A DNA stretch of 64,000 nt from NCBI GenBank assembly GCA_001662655.1, contig KV460223.1; one strand, written 5' to 3'. The notes beneath the pieces were generated by a model. It saw only the letters and a program-made list of their open reading frames with translations, was not told where the DNA came from and did no database searches. Position numbers and translations under genes: made by a program. This document shows, one piece after another, positions 23,835-36,000 of this stretch; the stretch's first letter is position 1, and each line of letters begins with the position of its first letter. This DNA is from Pseudogymnoascus verrucosus (lineage: Eukaryota).

Positions 23835-26800
23835 TCAAAACCCTCTAAACGGATCATCCCTCCCACCCCCCCTCATCTCCTCCTCCCCCGCCGTCCTACT
23901 CCCGTACCAATCCTCCACATCCGTCGTCGCCGCATACGCCCCCCTCCCACGCCCATAATAACTATCCCTATTCCGACTCCTCCTTCTCCTCTCCTTACTC
24001 CTCCTCCTATTAGCGCCCGACCTCGTCGACCCGCCACCACCCATCCCCAGATCATCAATCTGGACTGGGTAATCGTTATCCGACCTCGGGAACGCGAGGG
24101 GGCTGATGAAAGCCTCCATCCGCACCGTCCCCACCGCTTCGAAGAAGTTATTCACCACCGCCCCGGGCCGCGACGACGCGTCAGAGGTGCGGATAGAGGT
24201 GCGGTTGGAGTTGTTGGACAGACCGTTGGAGAAGGAAATACTATTCCCCCCCATGACGGAGCTCGAGCGCTGCGAAGCGGTATAGATATCGCTCGACCCA
24301 TTCGTCCCAACGCTCATCCCCGCCGTGCTCCCTGCAGGCGCGTGTCCGTAATTGCTGAACCCCCCTCCACCACCGCCGCCATTACTGCTCCCCCCCGTCG
24401 ACATGGCACCACGCTCTGAGAAGCCACGGAAGGAGAGAGGCGGCGGGATGCGCGACCCGGTGTTACTGCGCTTGCGGCCGTGCCCGATGCCGCTGATTAG
24501 CGCGCGGTCGGTGAAGCGCGGGACGATGGGCGGGTCCGCGGCGTCGGGGACGAAGCCGTCACCGCCGTGTGAGCCGCCGATGTCCTTGACGCTGTGGTCA
24601 GTGGTGCTGGCGCCGCCGCGGGTGCTGGTGTCGGTGCGGATGCTGTATTCGCCGCGGTGGATGCTTGACTGGGCTGTTGTTGGGCCGGATTGGGTGGAGA
24701 GGATTGTGCGGCCCTTGGCTACGCGGATGGAGTCGCGGATGGGCTGTTTCTGGAGGCGCGCGCCGTTTTGGCGCAGGATGTCGAAGTTGCCGCTTTCGAT
24801 TGGGGGTGGGTGCGGTGCCATTACCTCGGGGATGGCTTGGGAGGAGTGCGCGAGGAAGGAGAGGGCGGTTAGCCAGATGTAGTGGCGTTCTCGTGATGTT
24901 GCTGTGAATTTCAGAGCGCGTGCTGGGGTCAGGATGAGAATGGAGCGGTTGAAGAGGTTGTTAACGCCCTTTGGCGCCGCATTATCGTCCTTGACGTCCA
25001 AGACAGATTGGATAGTTACTGTAGCCTTGTTAGTTATGAATATAGAAAGGAGTTGATATTGCTTACGCTTGCGACCACTCTTCCCCATCAGAGCAGATCC
25101 AGAAGTTGGCTGTTTGCTACTCCACATGACTGCTCTCTCGTACGGTGCCAGCCAAACCCAGCGCTTGTGACGAACGCCATTCGACGCATCACTGTCCAAG
25201 GCTCCCGACTCGGGGACTCCGAACGACTTCCTCCTCCTGACGTACTTGAACATCCACTCGCCGACCATAGTCTGGGCAATCGCATCAACCACGCTAGTGG
25301 CTTGAACAGAGCTGCCAGCAGATTGTTGGGTATTAAATGTATTCGCCGTGGTATTCGACGGCTGCTTCCTGTGTGTGCTGTATCCGTACGAGCTTCGGTT
25401 ATCGCGGTGCGCCATGTACGGCGATGTGATTTCGTTGTTCGGCATTGGCGGCAGCTGTGGGCTCTCTGGAGCTTCTGTCGACGGCGAAAACGGCGGCGGG
25501 GATCTGCTCCCACGACGTCGAGATCTGCCACCAACATCAGGCAGCGCGGCAGCAGAACGAACCTTGCGAATGCTATTGATCCGGTGATGTCCTCTAACGG
25601 ATGAACGGCGAGACCACGGTTCCCGAGTTGGGCTCCTGCTGCCATCGCTGGGAGCGCTCGCGCTAAAGGGAGGCTTGCGAGAACTTGCACGCGTCGGAAT
25701 GGGGAATGGTGGCTCCTTGACAGCATCTGGCAGGCTGGGGCTGCGAGAGCGGCCTTGGTGCGCAGCAATGCCATTGGATATAAGAGCAGCACGGCGCATT
25801 GTCGTCTGTTGGGGTCGAGCAGGTGGCATTACCAAGCTCAGCGGCTTATCAAATTGTCGGATAGTTCGCGTGACGGCCGACTTTACGCCGGACGTATTCG
25901 AATTGTCTCGCAAGATCACCTCGCCGTTGGCATCGTAGCCCCCTTGTGCTTGGCGGGCTTGCTTCTTCACGTGGTTTGAGACAGCTTCCTCAACAGGCTC
26001 CTCATCCTCTGGAACAGACGTTGGTGCAGTCGAGTTCCGTTTGCCTCTGTTAAGAGATTTTCTGGGCCTTGGAGCAGAGAGAGCTGTCCTGAAGTCGCTA
26101 TCGCTCAGATCACCATCGGCAAAGTCATCCGCGTCATCGGAGCTGACATTCTCAAAGCCAGCGAACAAGCTGCTAATGCGAGGAGGGCGTCTGATCCCCT
26201 TGTCCATCGAAATAGGTCCATCATCATTGTTGCCCGGATATGAATCGTGTGTCTCGGCTGACATTGGCGGGGGAGGAGGTGACCGCATAGGAACGGGCGG
26301 CGACGAAGGCGGCTCTCCAATGCTCTGGTTGCTCTTCTTTCGTCGCGGGTTTCGAGGCGGCGGCACCACGCCAGGTGTGAAAAAGCCAGTGGGCTGGGCT
26401 GATGGCTCAGGAGATGGAGGGCATGATGATATTGATGATGGCTGTAGGTGCAGGGGAAGGAGATTTAATCGCTTATCAACTCTGATTTCCTCCGTTTGCA
26501 CGGAAGCGGAGCTGTATGGAGCGGCTACCTGCATGGAGACTTGGCACGCAACGTCCTTGAAGTACTGCGGTAGCAGCGATTCCTTGGGGGTTGCTGGTCT
26601 GGAGGTCGGTGGGTGTATTGAAATTTGTGGGATTGTTGGTGGGACAGGGGGTGCCTTGACCACAAGGGCCCATTCACCTTCAGTCTGTGTTGAGATCGAG
26701 ATCATACATTCCTTCTCCACCTCCGAGACAGCGATCGGTGTCGTGGGAGTTCTCGGTGGGCTAAGTGGCTCATCAACGGTCTGGCACGCACTAGAGACCA

Positions 26801-28160
26801 TTGTATCCGCTGCGTTGGGAGGAGCGACCTGGGGAACAGGGGTACTCGCTCGGACGCGTTTGCGGCGTTGGTTGGCCTCCGTCTCTCCTCCTTGGACATT
26901 GTCAACTTGTCTCGGTTGCGGTTCGGCCGCGGGATCTGGTAGTACAGCTGGGCTCGAGGCAGAGATTGGTGGAGAATACTGTGTGCTGGAATCAACATAG
27001 TCAGGCTTACTGAGCACCAAGGTTTCATCGCCTTCCGCAATGCGCCCTTCAAGCTTCTCCAATACGGACTGGTTGGCAAGAAGGCGGCCGCGGGCAACGC
27101 TACCAGGTCTCCTGACGCTCTCAATGCTCTGGGAATGTTTGTGGTTCCTTGATATCATACTATCGCGGCTGAGATTGCGCCTATGCGTTGTGGAGAGAAC
27201 GCTTTCACGCCCTTGCATGGAAAGCACGCTCTCGCGCCCATGAGTGTTGGAGAGAACGCTCTCGCGCCCATCCTGGTACATCTGCGACAACTCGTCGTCG
27301 TCTCCGAAGTCGAGCTCGTCAGCAAGACTCATACCATTCAGCTTCGACCCGTTAGGGAGCATAGAGAAGCGGACACTGTTTGTCATGCTCATAGAGCGTA
27401 CGCTGGCCGTGTCACTACCATGACCTCCGAGCTCCTCAGCCTCGGACTCCTGTATAGGATGGCTGGCCTGATACGCTGCAACCTCATCAAGGACGGTCTT
27501 TAGGCGTCCTTCAGCTACGTGGACCTTGCGTTCGAGTTTCCTACGCTCATCGTCCCAGGAATCTTTGTCTTGCGCCCATAGGCTGTGAACCCTATCGGAA
27601 TCCACCTCCTGCGCGCGAACCTTCTTCTGGGAAGCATCTAAACGTTTCTTGATATCAGAAATGCTTTCCACAGCCTCGTCGCGCTCTCTTGCCAGCTCCC
27701 CGAGCGCATTGGAAGTTCCGCCTTCCAGGAGCGCTAGTTGGCGCTTCAAAGATCGGTTCTCCTTCGCATTGGTAGACAGAGAGGATGAGAGCTCCTCCAC
27801 CTCGCCTTTCGACGCATGGAGAGTCTCTTCCAACCCCTCAATGGCACGTATCTTCTCCTCCTGATCCCGTCTCAAGTTGAGAATTTCCGCCACCAGGTTC
27901 GCATGGAGCGTAGGGGTGAAACGTCTCGGGTCGAGTATGGATATGTTTTCGTCCTGCGACACGTCTCTCGACTCCCTTCGGTTGTGCATATCTGCGTGGG
28001 GTATGGGGCCCGGCGACGAGGCGTGCACTGGCGATACGGACTTCTTCCGCCTTGAGCGTCTCGAGTGACGCGACGAGTTCCTACTGGGTGTGTCTACGGG
28101 TGTAGGCAACGGCCGCTGAGCTGCCGAAGCATACTCGTCGTCCGTCTCCCACGCGTTCAT
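23835..28160 (-). CDS. ApsA/Num1/Mcp5-like cortical anchor protein with N-terminal coiled coil and Mcp5-type PH domain; one intron 25066-25019
   Basis: PH-domain motifs AIAQTMVGEWMFKYVRRRKSFG, RHKRWVWLAPYERAVMWS, SILILTPARALKFTATSRERHYIW. Removing the 48-nt intron (GTAAGC..CTAAC..CAG) gives GRKLTIQSV. Confidence 0.8.
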   Translation of the reverse strand: MNAWETDDEYASAAQRPLPTPVDTPSRNSSRHSRRSRRKKSVSPVHASSPGPIPHADMHNRRESRDVSQDENISILDPRRFTPTLHANLVAEILNLRRDQEEKIRAIEGLEETLHASKGEVEELSSSLSTNAKENRSLKRQLALLEGGTSNALGELARERDEAVESISDIKKRLDASQKKVRAQEVDSDRVHSLWAQDKDSWDDERRKLERKVHVAEGRLKTVLDEVAAYQASHPIQESEAEELGGHGSDTASVRSMSMTNSVRFSMLPNGSKLNGMSLADELDFGDDDELSQMYQDGRESVLSNTHGRESVLSMQGRESVLSTTHRRNLSRDSMISRNHKHSQSIESVRRPGSVARGRLLANQSVLEKLEGRIAEGDETLVLSKPDYVDSSTQYSPPISASSPAVLPDPAAEPQPRQVDNVQGGETEANQRRKRVRASTPVPQVAPPNAADTMVSSACQTVDEPLSPPRTPTTPIAVSEVEKECMISISTQTEGEWALVVKAPPVPPTIPQISIHPPTSRPATPKESLLPQYFKDVACQVSMQVAAPYSSASVQTEEIRVDKRLNLLPLHLQPSSISSCPPSPEPSAQPTGFFTPGVVPPPRNPRRKKSNQSIGEPPSSPPVPMRSPPPPPMSAETHDSYPGNNDDGPISMDKGIRRPPRISSLFAGFENVSSDDADDFADGDLSDSDFRTALSAPRPRKSLNRGKRNSTAPTSVPEDEEPVEEAVSNHVKKQARQAQGGYDANGEVILRDNSNTSGVKSAVTRTIRQFDKPLSLVMPPARPQQTTMRRAALISNGIAAHQGRSRSPSLPDAVKEPPFPIPTRASSRKPPFSASAPSDGSRSPTREPWSRRSSVRGHHRINSIRKVRSAAALPDVGGRSRRRGSRSPPPFSPSTEAPESPQLPPMPNNEITSPYMAHRDNRSSYGYSTHRKQPSNTTANTFNTQQSAGSSVQATSVVDAIAQTMVGEWMFKYVRRRKSFGVPESGALDSDASNGVRHKRWVWLAPYERAVMWSSKQPTSGSALMGKSGRKRKQYQLLSIFITNKATVTIQSVLDVKDDNAAPKGVNNLFNRSILILTPARALKFTATSRERHYIWLTALSFLAHSSQAIPEVMAPHPPPIESGNFDILRQNGARLQKQPIRDSIRVAKGRTILSTQSGPTTAQSSIHRGEYSIRTDTSTRGGASTTDHSVKDIGGSHGGDGFVPDAADPPIVPRFTDRALISGIGHGRKRSNTGSRIPPPLSFRGFSERGAMSTGGSSNGGGGGGGFSNYGHAPAGSTAGMSVGTNGSSDIYTASQRSSSVMGGNSISFSNGLSNNSNRTSIRTSDASSRPGAVVNNFFEAVGTVRMEAFISPLAFPRSDNDYPVQIDDLGMGGGGSTRSGANRRRSKERRRRSRNRDSYYGRGRGAYAATTDVEDWYGSRTAGEEEMRGGGRDDPFRGF

Positions 28161-30099
28161 CTTGCCCGTCGGAGGGTTGCTAATGTCATTTGGTTCGTTT
28201 CGTTACGGCGTCGGTTCGCCGATCCGTATTGGTTATGCTGAGTAGAAATTCGAGGCCCGAGTCTGATAACTATATAACGCTGGAGAGAACTGGCGGGGTA
28301 TGATTTGCAAGACGAACGAACTGCGTGCAACCGTTAGCGCGTGTGAACAGCATGAGAGTTTGGCATTCTGGGGGAAACTGACGAGTCTACTCCGAATATT
28401 TTGAGGTTAAGATTGCCGACAAGGGGAAAACGGGCAGTACAGCAATTGGCGGCTGAGAATAAGGAGATATTTCAAAAATGATGGGCTCCAGCAAATCGCA
28501 GATAGAAAGGCGAGTGTTAGGAATAAAAGCTCGAGTCAACTCGAGGTGAAGAATGGTTTCGGATGAAAGTAAAAGGAAGCTGAGTAGAGTCGAGTCGACT
28601 CAGCAGCGTTGGTGGAATTGTCGAGTTGTTAATGGTGGAGCGTATGCGTAGGCGTTGTTGCTTGTGAAGGGGGGTGGCCCAAGCTGGCCAGACGGGATTA
28701 GGATAGGATGGGGGAGGGGGGTGGGATGTGAGGTAAGGTACAGGGACCGATTTAGGAAGTACCTCGTCGTAGGCCTGTCGCAGGGCGCACTAATTGGTAG
28801 ATTCGCAAGTCGGCAGTGTATCCCATTGGGGCCACGGGGGGGGGTTTAGAGAATAGAATGGGGGTAAGTGTATTGGGAATGGGGGTAGATGGAGGCAAAG
28901 GAGTGGTCATAGGCAGTGTAATGCACCGTAGGTTGAGCTGTGCAAGGCCAGTATTGGAATAGCATCAAAGGTGGACTCGGAGGAGAAGAAGAACGATGCA
29001 ACGATCCGAATAGTACGAGGCGCGATGAGCAGAGTCGGGTGTCGAGAGTGCTCCGTACGCAGGAGTTCAGTGGTTCTTGTTGAATCTGTTGGTTCTGTGG
29101 TGTTCCTGGCGTGTCCTTGCCCTGCCTGTCCCTTGTGCTGTCCCTTGTGGTTTGTTGTCCCCCTTGTTCCTGTTTCCTGTTCCTGCTCCAGTTGGCGTTG
29201 GTGTTCCCCCTTCCTGTTGGAGTGTTTGTGGAGATTTCTTTTTCCCAAATTAAGGGTGGATGTGTTAGCGTGTTTGAGGTGCATGCGACCTTAATGTGAT
29301 TGCGACTGTGATTGACACGGACGATAATGTGCGGCCCTAGGAGAACTAGGGGAACGGCGTACGGAGGAACACAACAGGAGTAATGTTAATCTAGTATAAC
29401 GGGTTGAGGAATGGAAGAAGGAGGATAGAAGGTACAGAGATATGTAGGATGCAAATACAAGATACGAGATGCGAGAATGACTCGCTTTTCGTCTTCTGTA
29501 TTACTCGTACCTTACTTACCCCTTACTTTGTAGGTTGGGTATAGATGATTGTGATATATTATGCGTGTATATACGTGTATAGGCTGTCATAGGTATAATA
29601 GAATAGATAGCATGACATGACATGTGGTAACACACAAATGTGCCGCTGTACAGTACAATGGCATTAAGGTACGCCTCCTCCTCCTCCCTCGGGCTCCTGA
29701 CAGCTCTCCCCAATCCCGTCATCCCGCTGTCCGCTGTCCCTGCCGAGCTCCTTTTTTTTTCCCATTCGCTCCTTCCTCGTCCCGAGCCAGAGCCAAGTTA
29801 TACCCGTTAGGAACTACCCGTTCGTTATACGAGCCACAGTAAGGGACCACCAGAGCCACAAGAACCACACTCGGAAACGGTACACTACTGTAACTAAACT
29901 ACCCAAACTTACCAACTGCCACCTTACATAACTGTGTGCCGTGTGTGCCCCAACTACTACCACTGCATACAATACCACTCACCTCATCTGACCCAACAGA
30001 CATTGCTGATCACCCACGGGAACCAGCCGTACCAGCCGCACCAGTCGTATCATCCACAACAACCCACAGCCACGCATCCAACCACTTCTACGGGATACA

Positions 30100-30170
30100 A
30101 CAGGAATAGATCCAGCAGGAATAGAGCAGGAATAGAGCAGGAATAGAGCAGGAGTAGAGCAGGAATAAAC
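30100..30170. repeat. 11-bp minisatellite (GCAGGAATAGA)x~6
   Basis: Direct reading: caggaataga...gcaggaatagagcaggaatagagcaggaatagagcaggagtagagcaggaataa. Confidence 0.8.
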
Positions 30171-30787
30171 CGTGAATAAACCATGAATAGTAAGGAGAAG
30201 TAAGGAGTACTCCGTAGCAACGAATTACTGTAGGGGGCCAGACCCACCACTCACTCTCCACGCCCCATCAATCTGCGCTCATCTACCCTCATCCATACCC
30301 TCATCTACCCATCTCCATTATCTCCAGCAAGGGTTCGCCAGTCCGGCCCTTCCCCTTCCCACTCTTTCCCACTCTTTCCCACTCAGCAGGTACCCTAGTC
30401 CCTGAAACGGCCTCGTCCCGTGCTGTTTACAGCGTAGTTGACTTTCCCTAGCTGTGCTTGCTGTGCTCTACTCTACTGACTCTGCATTAACCTGCCCTCT
30501 AAACTGCGCTCCACACCAGTACCACGGACTAAAGTACCGGTACGCACACCCACCAAACTACCACGCTACTCCATATTTCTCCCTCTCGAACTGGCTTAGC
30601 GGGTCCATCGCCTCATTCGGCATCGGGGACTTGCCGTGCTGCTGCTGCCAAGATAAATATCCCCTTCTGCCAAGATATAACTTCCTCAGCCTCGTCATCG
30701 TGACCGAAGCCTCGTCGACTTTTATCAGTATCATATCATATCATATCCATAATCCATGTCGTCCGTCGCAAAGGCGTCCTCCTAACA

Positions 30788-32143
30788 ATGAAGGAGTGGT
30801 CGCGAATCCCCGTGTCGTTCCTCAATCCGACAGCCCAGAGGCGTCCAATTGCCCAGCCCTCGACGCGTCCCAATGCTCCTGGTCTCGACGACGGCCGCCC
30901 ATCAACACAACCTCCAAGAGCCAAGACCGAGGCTGATGGCAGCCAAAGAGTCCAAGATGTCCATCATCTATGGCGGTCGAGAGACAATCGAAAAGGTATA
31001 CCCTCGCCAGCGCGCGCTCTGTTCGCAGATCCAGCTTGCTAACAAACTTCAACAGGCAGGCACGCCATAGCCGTCTCGCCCGCCGCAGAGGGCCAATTCC
31101 TCGCCCCGCCACCCTCGAATACCCTGCGACCAATCCTCCACAACCTCTGGCGCATGCTCACATACTACCCCGTCTGGGACGTGTCCTACATGGTCGCGCA
31201 ATGGTTCACCTGGGGCTCGGTAGTCTGGGTCATAAACTCCTTCTTCGTCTGGCTTCCCTCCGTGCGCCCGTCTTCTGCCTTCCCAGGGGAAATCACAAAC
31301 GGCGGGGGCATCACCGCCTTCATCGGCGCGACCATCTTTGAGATTGGCAGTATCTTCCTCATGATCGAAGCCGTCAACGAAAACCGCACACAATGCTTCG
31401 GCTGGGCCTTCGAAGAAGCCCTCGAGGAGAACGGGCTCCTGCGCCTCCGTCCAAGCAGCACGAATTGCACCCACCACCACCTCAACAAAAAGAACCTCGT
31501 CGGCAACCGCAAAATCCCCCCAGGACAACCCCCCCAAGAAAAACCCTTCGCCCCAAAAAAATTCGCCGAAGCCAAACTCCTCGAGACCTGGGTGTGGTTC
31601 CCCTCCCGCACCGAGCTGCGTCACCACTACCTCCGCGAAATTGGCTTCCTCGCCTGCCTCGCCCAATACATCGCCGCGACGATCTTCTGGATCGCAGGCT
31701 TCACCGCCCTCCCCTCCATCCAATCCTCGCTCTCCCCGCGCGCAGTCGACGGCGCCTACTGGGCGCCCCAGGTCATCGGCGGCTCGGGCTTCATCATCTC
31801 CTCTCTCCTCTTCATGCTCGAGACGCAGGAGCGGTGGTGGAAGCCCGCGCCGCGGACGCTGGGGTGGTGGGTCGGGGCGTGGAATCTGGTCGGGGCGGTG
31901 GGGTTCACGATGTCTGGGGCGTTTGGGTATTGGCATGGGAGTAAAGGGGAGTATGAGGCGGGGCTGGCGACGTTTTGGGGGAGTTGGGCGTTCTTGATTG
32001 GGAGTGTTTTCCAGTGGTATGAGAGTCTCGTGAAGCATCCTGTGGAGAGGGATAGGGATGCTGGGAAGGATGTTGTGGTGCCGAGGGGGGTGGGGGAGGT
32101 GCGTCGTGATGTGGAGGGTGCGGAGGAGGGTGATACGGAGTAG
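30788..32143 (+). CDS. Conserved fungal multi-pass integral membrane protein of unknown function; exons 30788-30995, 31056-32143
   Basis: Splicing the GTATAC..CTAAC..CAG intron 30996-31055 joins SFLNPT...WRSRDNRK|GRHA to the 329-aa hydrophobic, Trp-rich ORF (about 6-7 TM segments such as FTWGSVVWVINSFF, AFIGATIFEIGS, TFWGSWAFLIGS). Start codon uncertain. Confidence 0.75.
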
Positions 32144-32399
32144 TGGTGGGGGTATTTCAGAGATATTTTTGGGTTGGACAACGCGTATATTATTTGATGA
32201 TAGGTGTTTTCGGGGGTTATTCGGATCTATCAACACGTATATACATGTATTGTAGCACATCAGATATTTCGGGTTCGTTTAGGTTCGCCATGGTCATATT
32301 TTATAAATATACACAAGGTTGTGGTGCCGGAGCTGCTGTTTTTGGCTGTGGCGTTGGTTGCTTCTTTATGCAGCCCTGAACACCCAAGACCTAGGTTCA

Positions 32400-32700
32400 T
32401 CTTTAACGTCACTATCCTATAGATGAAAGTAGTTTACTTTGATTTGGTTATTAGAATGGTTATATCATTTTACTTTCTATATATATAAAGAGATATTAAG
32501 CCCTAAACCATTAAAATCTATAAAACTAATTAATAAACTTAAACTAGGTATAATAATTAACTTATATTATATGCGTTATTATAGTTACTTATTAAGGCAT
32601 AAATAATTATATTATTAGTTAGGAGTTAGGCTAGTTAGTGACTGGGCTAGAACATATGTCACAAAAATCTTCGTGACAATTAAAACTTCGTTAGGTAAAG
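32400..32700. mobile_element. AT-rich, TpA-rich relic, probably a RIP-degraded repeat fragment
   Basis: Abrupt drop in GC with dense TA dinucleotides (e.g. tataaaactaattataaacttaaactaggtataataattaac). Ends near TGTCAC-N10-GTGACA at 32657-32678. Confidence 0.45.
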
Positions 32701-32953
32701 GAAGTAACGAAATTCTTAGGAAACACCATAATAGATCTAGAATCGAACAACTATGCCGTGATCAACTAAAGCACTTGCGAATTTAGGCCTCTATCCTAAC
32801 TTGGATTACTTATGAATCTCGTCATCGTCGTTGATAAGCTATATAAAGATTTTTGGGGAAATGTTGCTCTCTTCTTAATATTTATTTCTCGTGCTCCTTC
32901 TCTTCAGACCAGCTCGCCTCTGAAGGGTGTAACCTGCTTAAGAATCTCACCTC

Positions 32954-33049
32954 CTTCCTACTCATCTTCCTACTCATCTTCCTATGCATCTTCCTATTCA
33001 TCTTCCTGTTTGTCTTCCTGTTTGTCTTCCTGTTTGTCTTCCTGCTTGC
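32954..33049 (-). repeat. 12-nt tandem repeat x8 at the NLR 3' end; four units read CAG GAA GAY (Q-E-D), four read TAG GAA
   Basis: Plus strand has cttccta x4 then cttcctg x4, at a 12-nt period. Confidence 0.9.
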
Positions 33050-36000
33050 TTTCCTCCTCGCCTTCGTCAGGCGTAGCCTGCCTAGACGTCTCCTCCCTAA
33101 TCTCCTGAAGCGATATACCCCAGTCTGCAGCTAATGCCTCCTTCCACGCCTCTACAGTGATATCCTCGCCATCGCCATCCTCGCCATAACAAATCTCCCA
33201 TACTCTCTCGTCATCCTCCACGGCCCGCACCTCCTTCGGCACCCGCACACTCTTCGCCCTTAGCCCAACATACATGTCCGTTCCCTGCGGCGGGATGATC
33301 AACCACTGGTGCTTTGCGCTGCACACCATAATGTCCGCGCCGGAGTCAGGAGATCGCACGCGTTTGAGACATTCCCGGCAAAAGCCTAGGTTCGTGCAGT
33401 ACATGCAGTGGTAATACTCATGTTTAAAGTCAACCACTATATCGCAGTGCTTGCCATCTGGGGTGCGGCCGTCACAAGTCAAAGTCACGGGGAACGAGTT
33501 AGGGTCGACCTTTAGTGTGTACTCCTGCTGCAGATTGAATAGCTTGTTATAAAGGAGGCTGTGCGCTAATGTGGTCTCGCCGTCTTGGCCTGTCTGTTCG
33601 CCTTGTTCGTTTTGGAGCTCCTCGCCGTGGCCGCCGTCAGCATCGGGTGTGGATCCAGTCTCTGCGACAGCTGCGAGATTGTCGACGTACTCTCTAGCGG
33701 CGTTAATGCGTTGAAGCTGTTGCGAAACGTCTGGGAACTGGATCTTGGCAGCTTGGATTGTTTCCTTAGCCATATTAGTAACTAATTCTAACACCCGTTC
33801 CCTATTCATGCCGTCGTCTCTAACAATGTCTTCGGCTTCGAAGTACAGTGCTTCAGTCACGAGATCTGGCTGGCCGAGTATAGACAGGGCAACAGCCGCA
33901 TTCTTAAAATCCTGGTACTGATTCAGCGTATTGAATATAACCCAGAACCCGTCTCCATCGTTCTCGGGTATATCGTCCGAGAGGATCTGTAATGCTACTC
34001 TGATCCGCTGCATGAACACCTCTCTAGCCTGCGCCTTCTCGTCACGCAGCGCATACAGCGCCCCTAGGAACCCGACCGCGTTACTGAAGTTGCCAGATTT
34101 GGCCTCAGCCAGCTCGGTCAGCGCGTCGATGTGACCCAGATGCTTCCCCTCTACCATGCTCTGAAAATAGTGTTGCGCCAGCGCTCTGGTAGCGTGTTTC
34201 TCCGCGATAAAAGCGTTGCGCCCACCTAGTTGAGAGAGCAGGTTGCGGCTCAATCTCCACAACTGCAGCGCGTCGCCGACGGCCTTAATGCCGCTGAGTG
34301 ATTCCCCGTACGTGTACGCCGCGAAGCCTTGGTCGCAGAGGAGCACCCCGCGGGCCTCGTCCTCATCGAAGCGGTCGTACTGGGCCATCTCGCCGATGCG
34401 GTCCCCCTTCGACGCTGGAATCGCCGTCGCTGTCTCCATGGTACAGACAATTCCTTTAAGGAGGTCTAGATGCCCCTTCGCTACAGTGAACATTTTTGAG
34501 ATGAGAAAATCATGGTCGGCGTCTCGAGCAATCATTTTCAGAATGCTAACCATCCTCCCTTTTCCATCTTCCGTGGCTAGTGTAGTCTTTAGCAACTCCC
34601 GCATTCCTTCCGCATCCTGGAACTTTAATACGGCCTTTAGATAGCCTAGCTGTCCCTTCTTCGCCTGCGCTAGGTCCTCACTCTCGCCCACAACCGAATA
34701 GTGCGTTGTCGCAATCTCCGCATTGCCCGCCTCGTAGTTATACTGCCCTAAGAGCAAATGCAACTCGTCGACATCCTTCGCTGCCGGCTTAGGTGTAGCA
34801 CTCTCTTCCTCTGCCTCTTTTAGCGCTAACTCCATGTGCTTGATGGCCTTCTGTGTCTGGTTCTGACCGAAGTGCGTCATTCCCAAGCCGCGGTGGCACA
34901 GCCAGCTGGGGTTTTCCTTTTCGATAGCGCGCTGGTAGAGTAACAGAACGGTGTCGGCCTTGCTCTGCTGTGTTGCTGCGGCCTCGGCGAGACGCTCGTA
35001 CCAGAGTGAGTTAAGCTCAGTGTCCTGAAGCCCTAGGAAGCTCTGACACCAGATGCTTATGCTGTCCCAGTTGATATAGTTAGTGGCGGAGCCAGGCGAG
35101 CTAGCGGCGTCCGATATAGGGGGTGTTGGTGTTTCCTGGTTCCTCTTATGGTCCTGTTTCCGAGGAATGGTTAACATGCTTTTATAATGCAGTGGGCTAG
35201 AGTGGGAGATTTGAAAGGGGTATGTAACTCGAAGACTCACTAGATCTATGAACCTTTCGATCCAATAATAAGCGCTCGCAACCTCCCATTCTCTCTCCCT
35301 CAAGAACCCCTCGACGACAACTTTCACGAGCTCCTTCAAAAAGCCCCTTGTCGGCCTAGTAGCAGTATGCACCTCATCTAGCCACGTCTTGTCTAGCCTT
35401 CTGACAACAGCTGAGTCTGTCAACCACTTCTGCACGTCCTCCATCTCCTCCACCTCCCACCACACTGGTTCGAAATTGGCCCTGTGGCGCCGAATAACCT
35501 GATCGTCCTTGAACAGCTTATACAGGTCCCGACCTATATCTAACTTCTCATTCGGTGTTAGCGTCCCCATGTCCTTGTCCTCGAGACAGCGCAGCTGATT
35601 TAGGTGGTACGGCAGCCAGCAAACGAGGTACCTTCCGATATCCTTAGTCTGTTTCCTATACCCCTTTTCTAGGTACTTGAACGCGAGCTTGACAATGGTG
35701 TGGTTTGCCTCGAACTCGTCTACCGCGATGACCGCTTGGCTGCTACTATGCAGAGCCGAGGCGGCATCGAAATTAAAATTGAACTTCTCCCTAATCGCCT
35801 TGTGCGCAAGGTCCCATAGAAAATGCCCGCAGAGTTCCTGGTCCACGTTGTTAATGGTAATGGTCATGCTAATGGTAGCGCTGTCCTTGAACTTGCTAGA
35901 GGTATCCTTTTCCTTATGAAGATAGGCCTGGACGCCGTCTTGGCCATATACGAAGTCATCCTCGAGCTTTAGAATAGCTGAGTACTTGTTCGTAATAATA

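Noticed and set aside
31049..32260. 403-aa minus-strand ORF, and similar antisense ORFs at 26041-27000, 3368-4045 and 15711-16487
   Set aside because: Shadow frames of GC-rich real genes on the opposite strand, with low-complexity P/R-rich translations.
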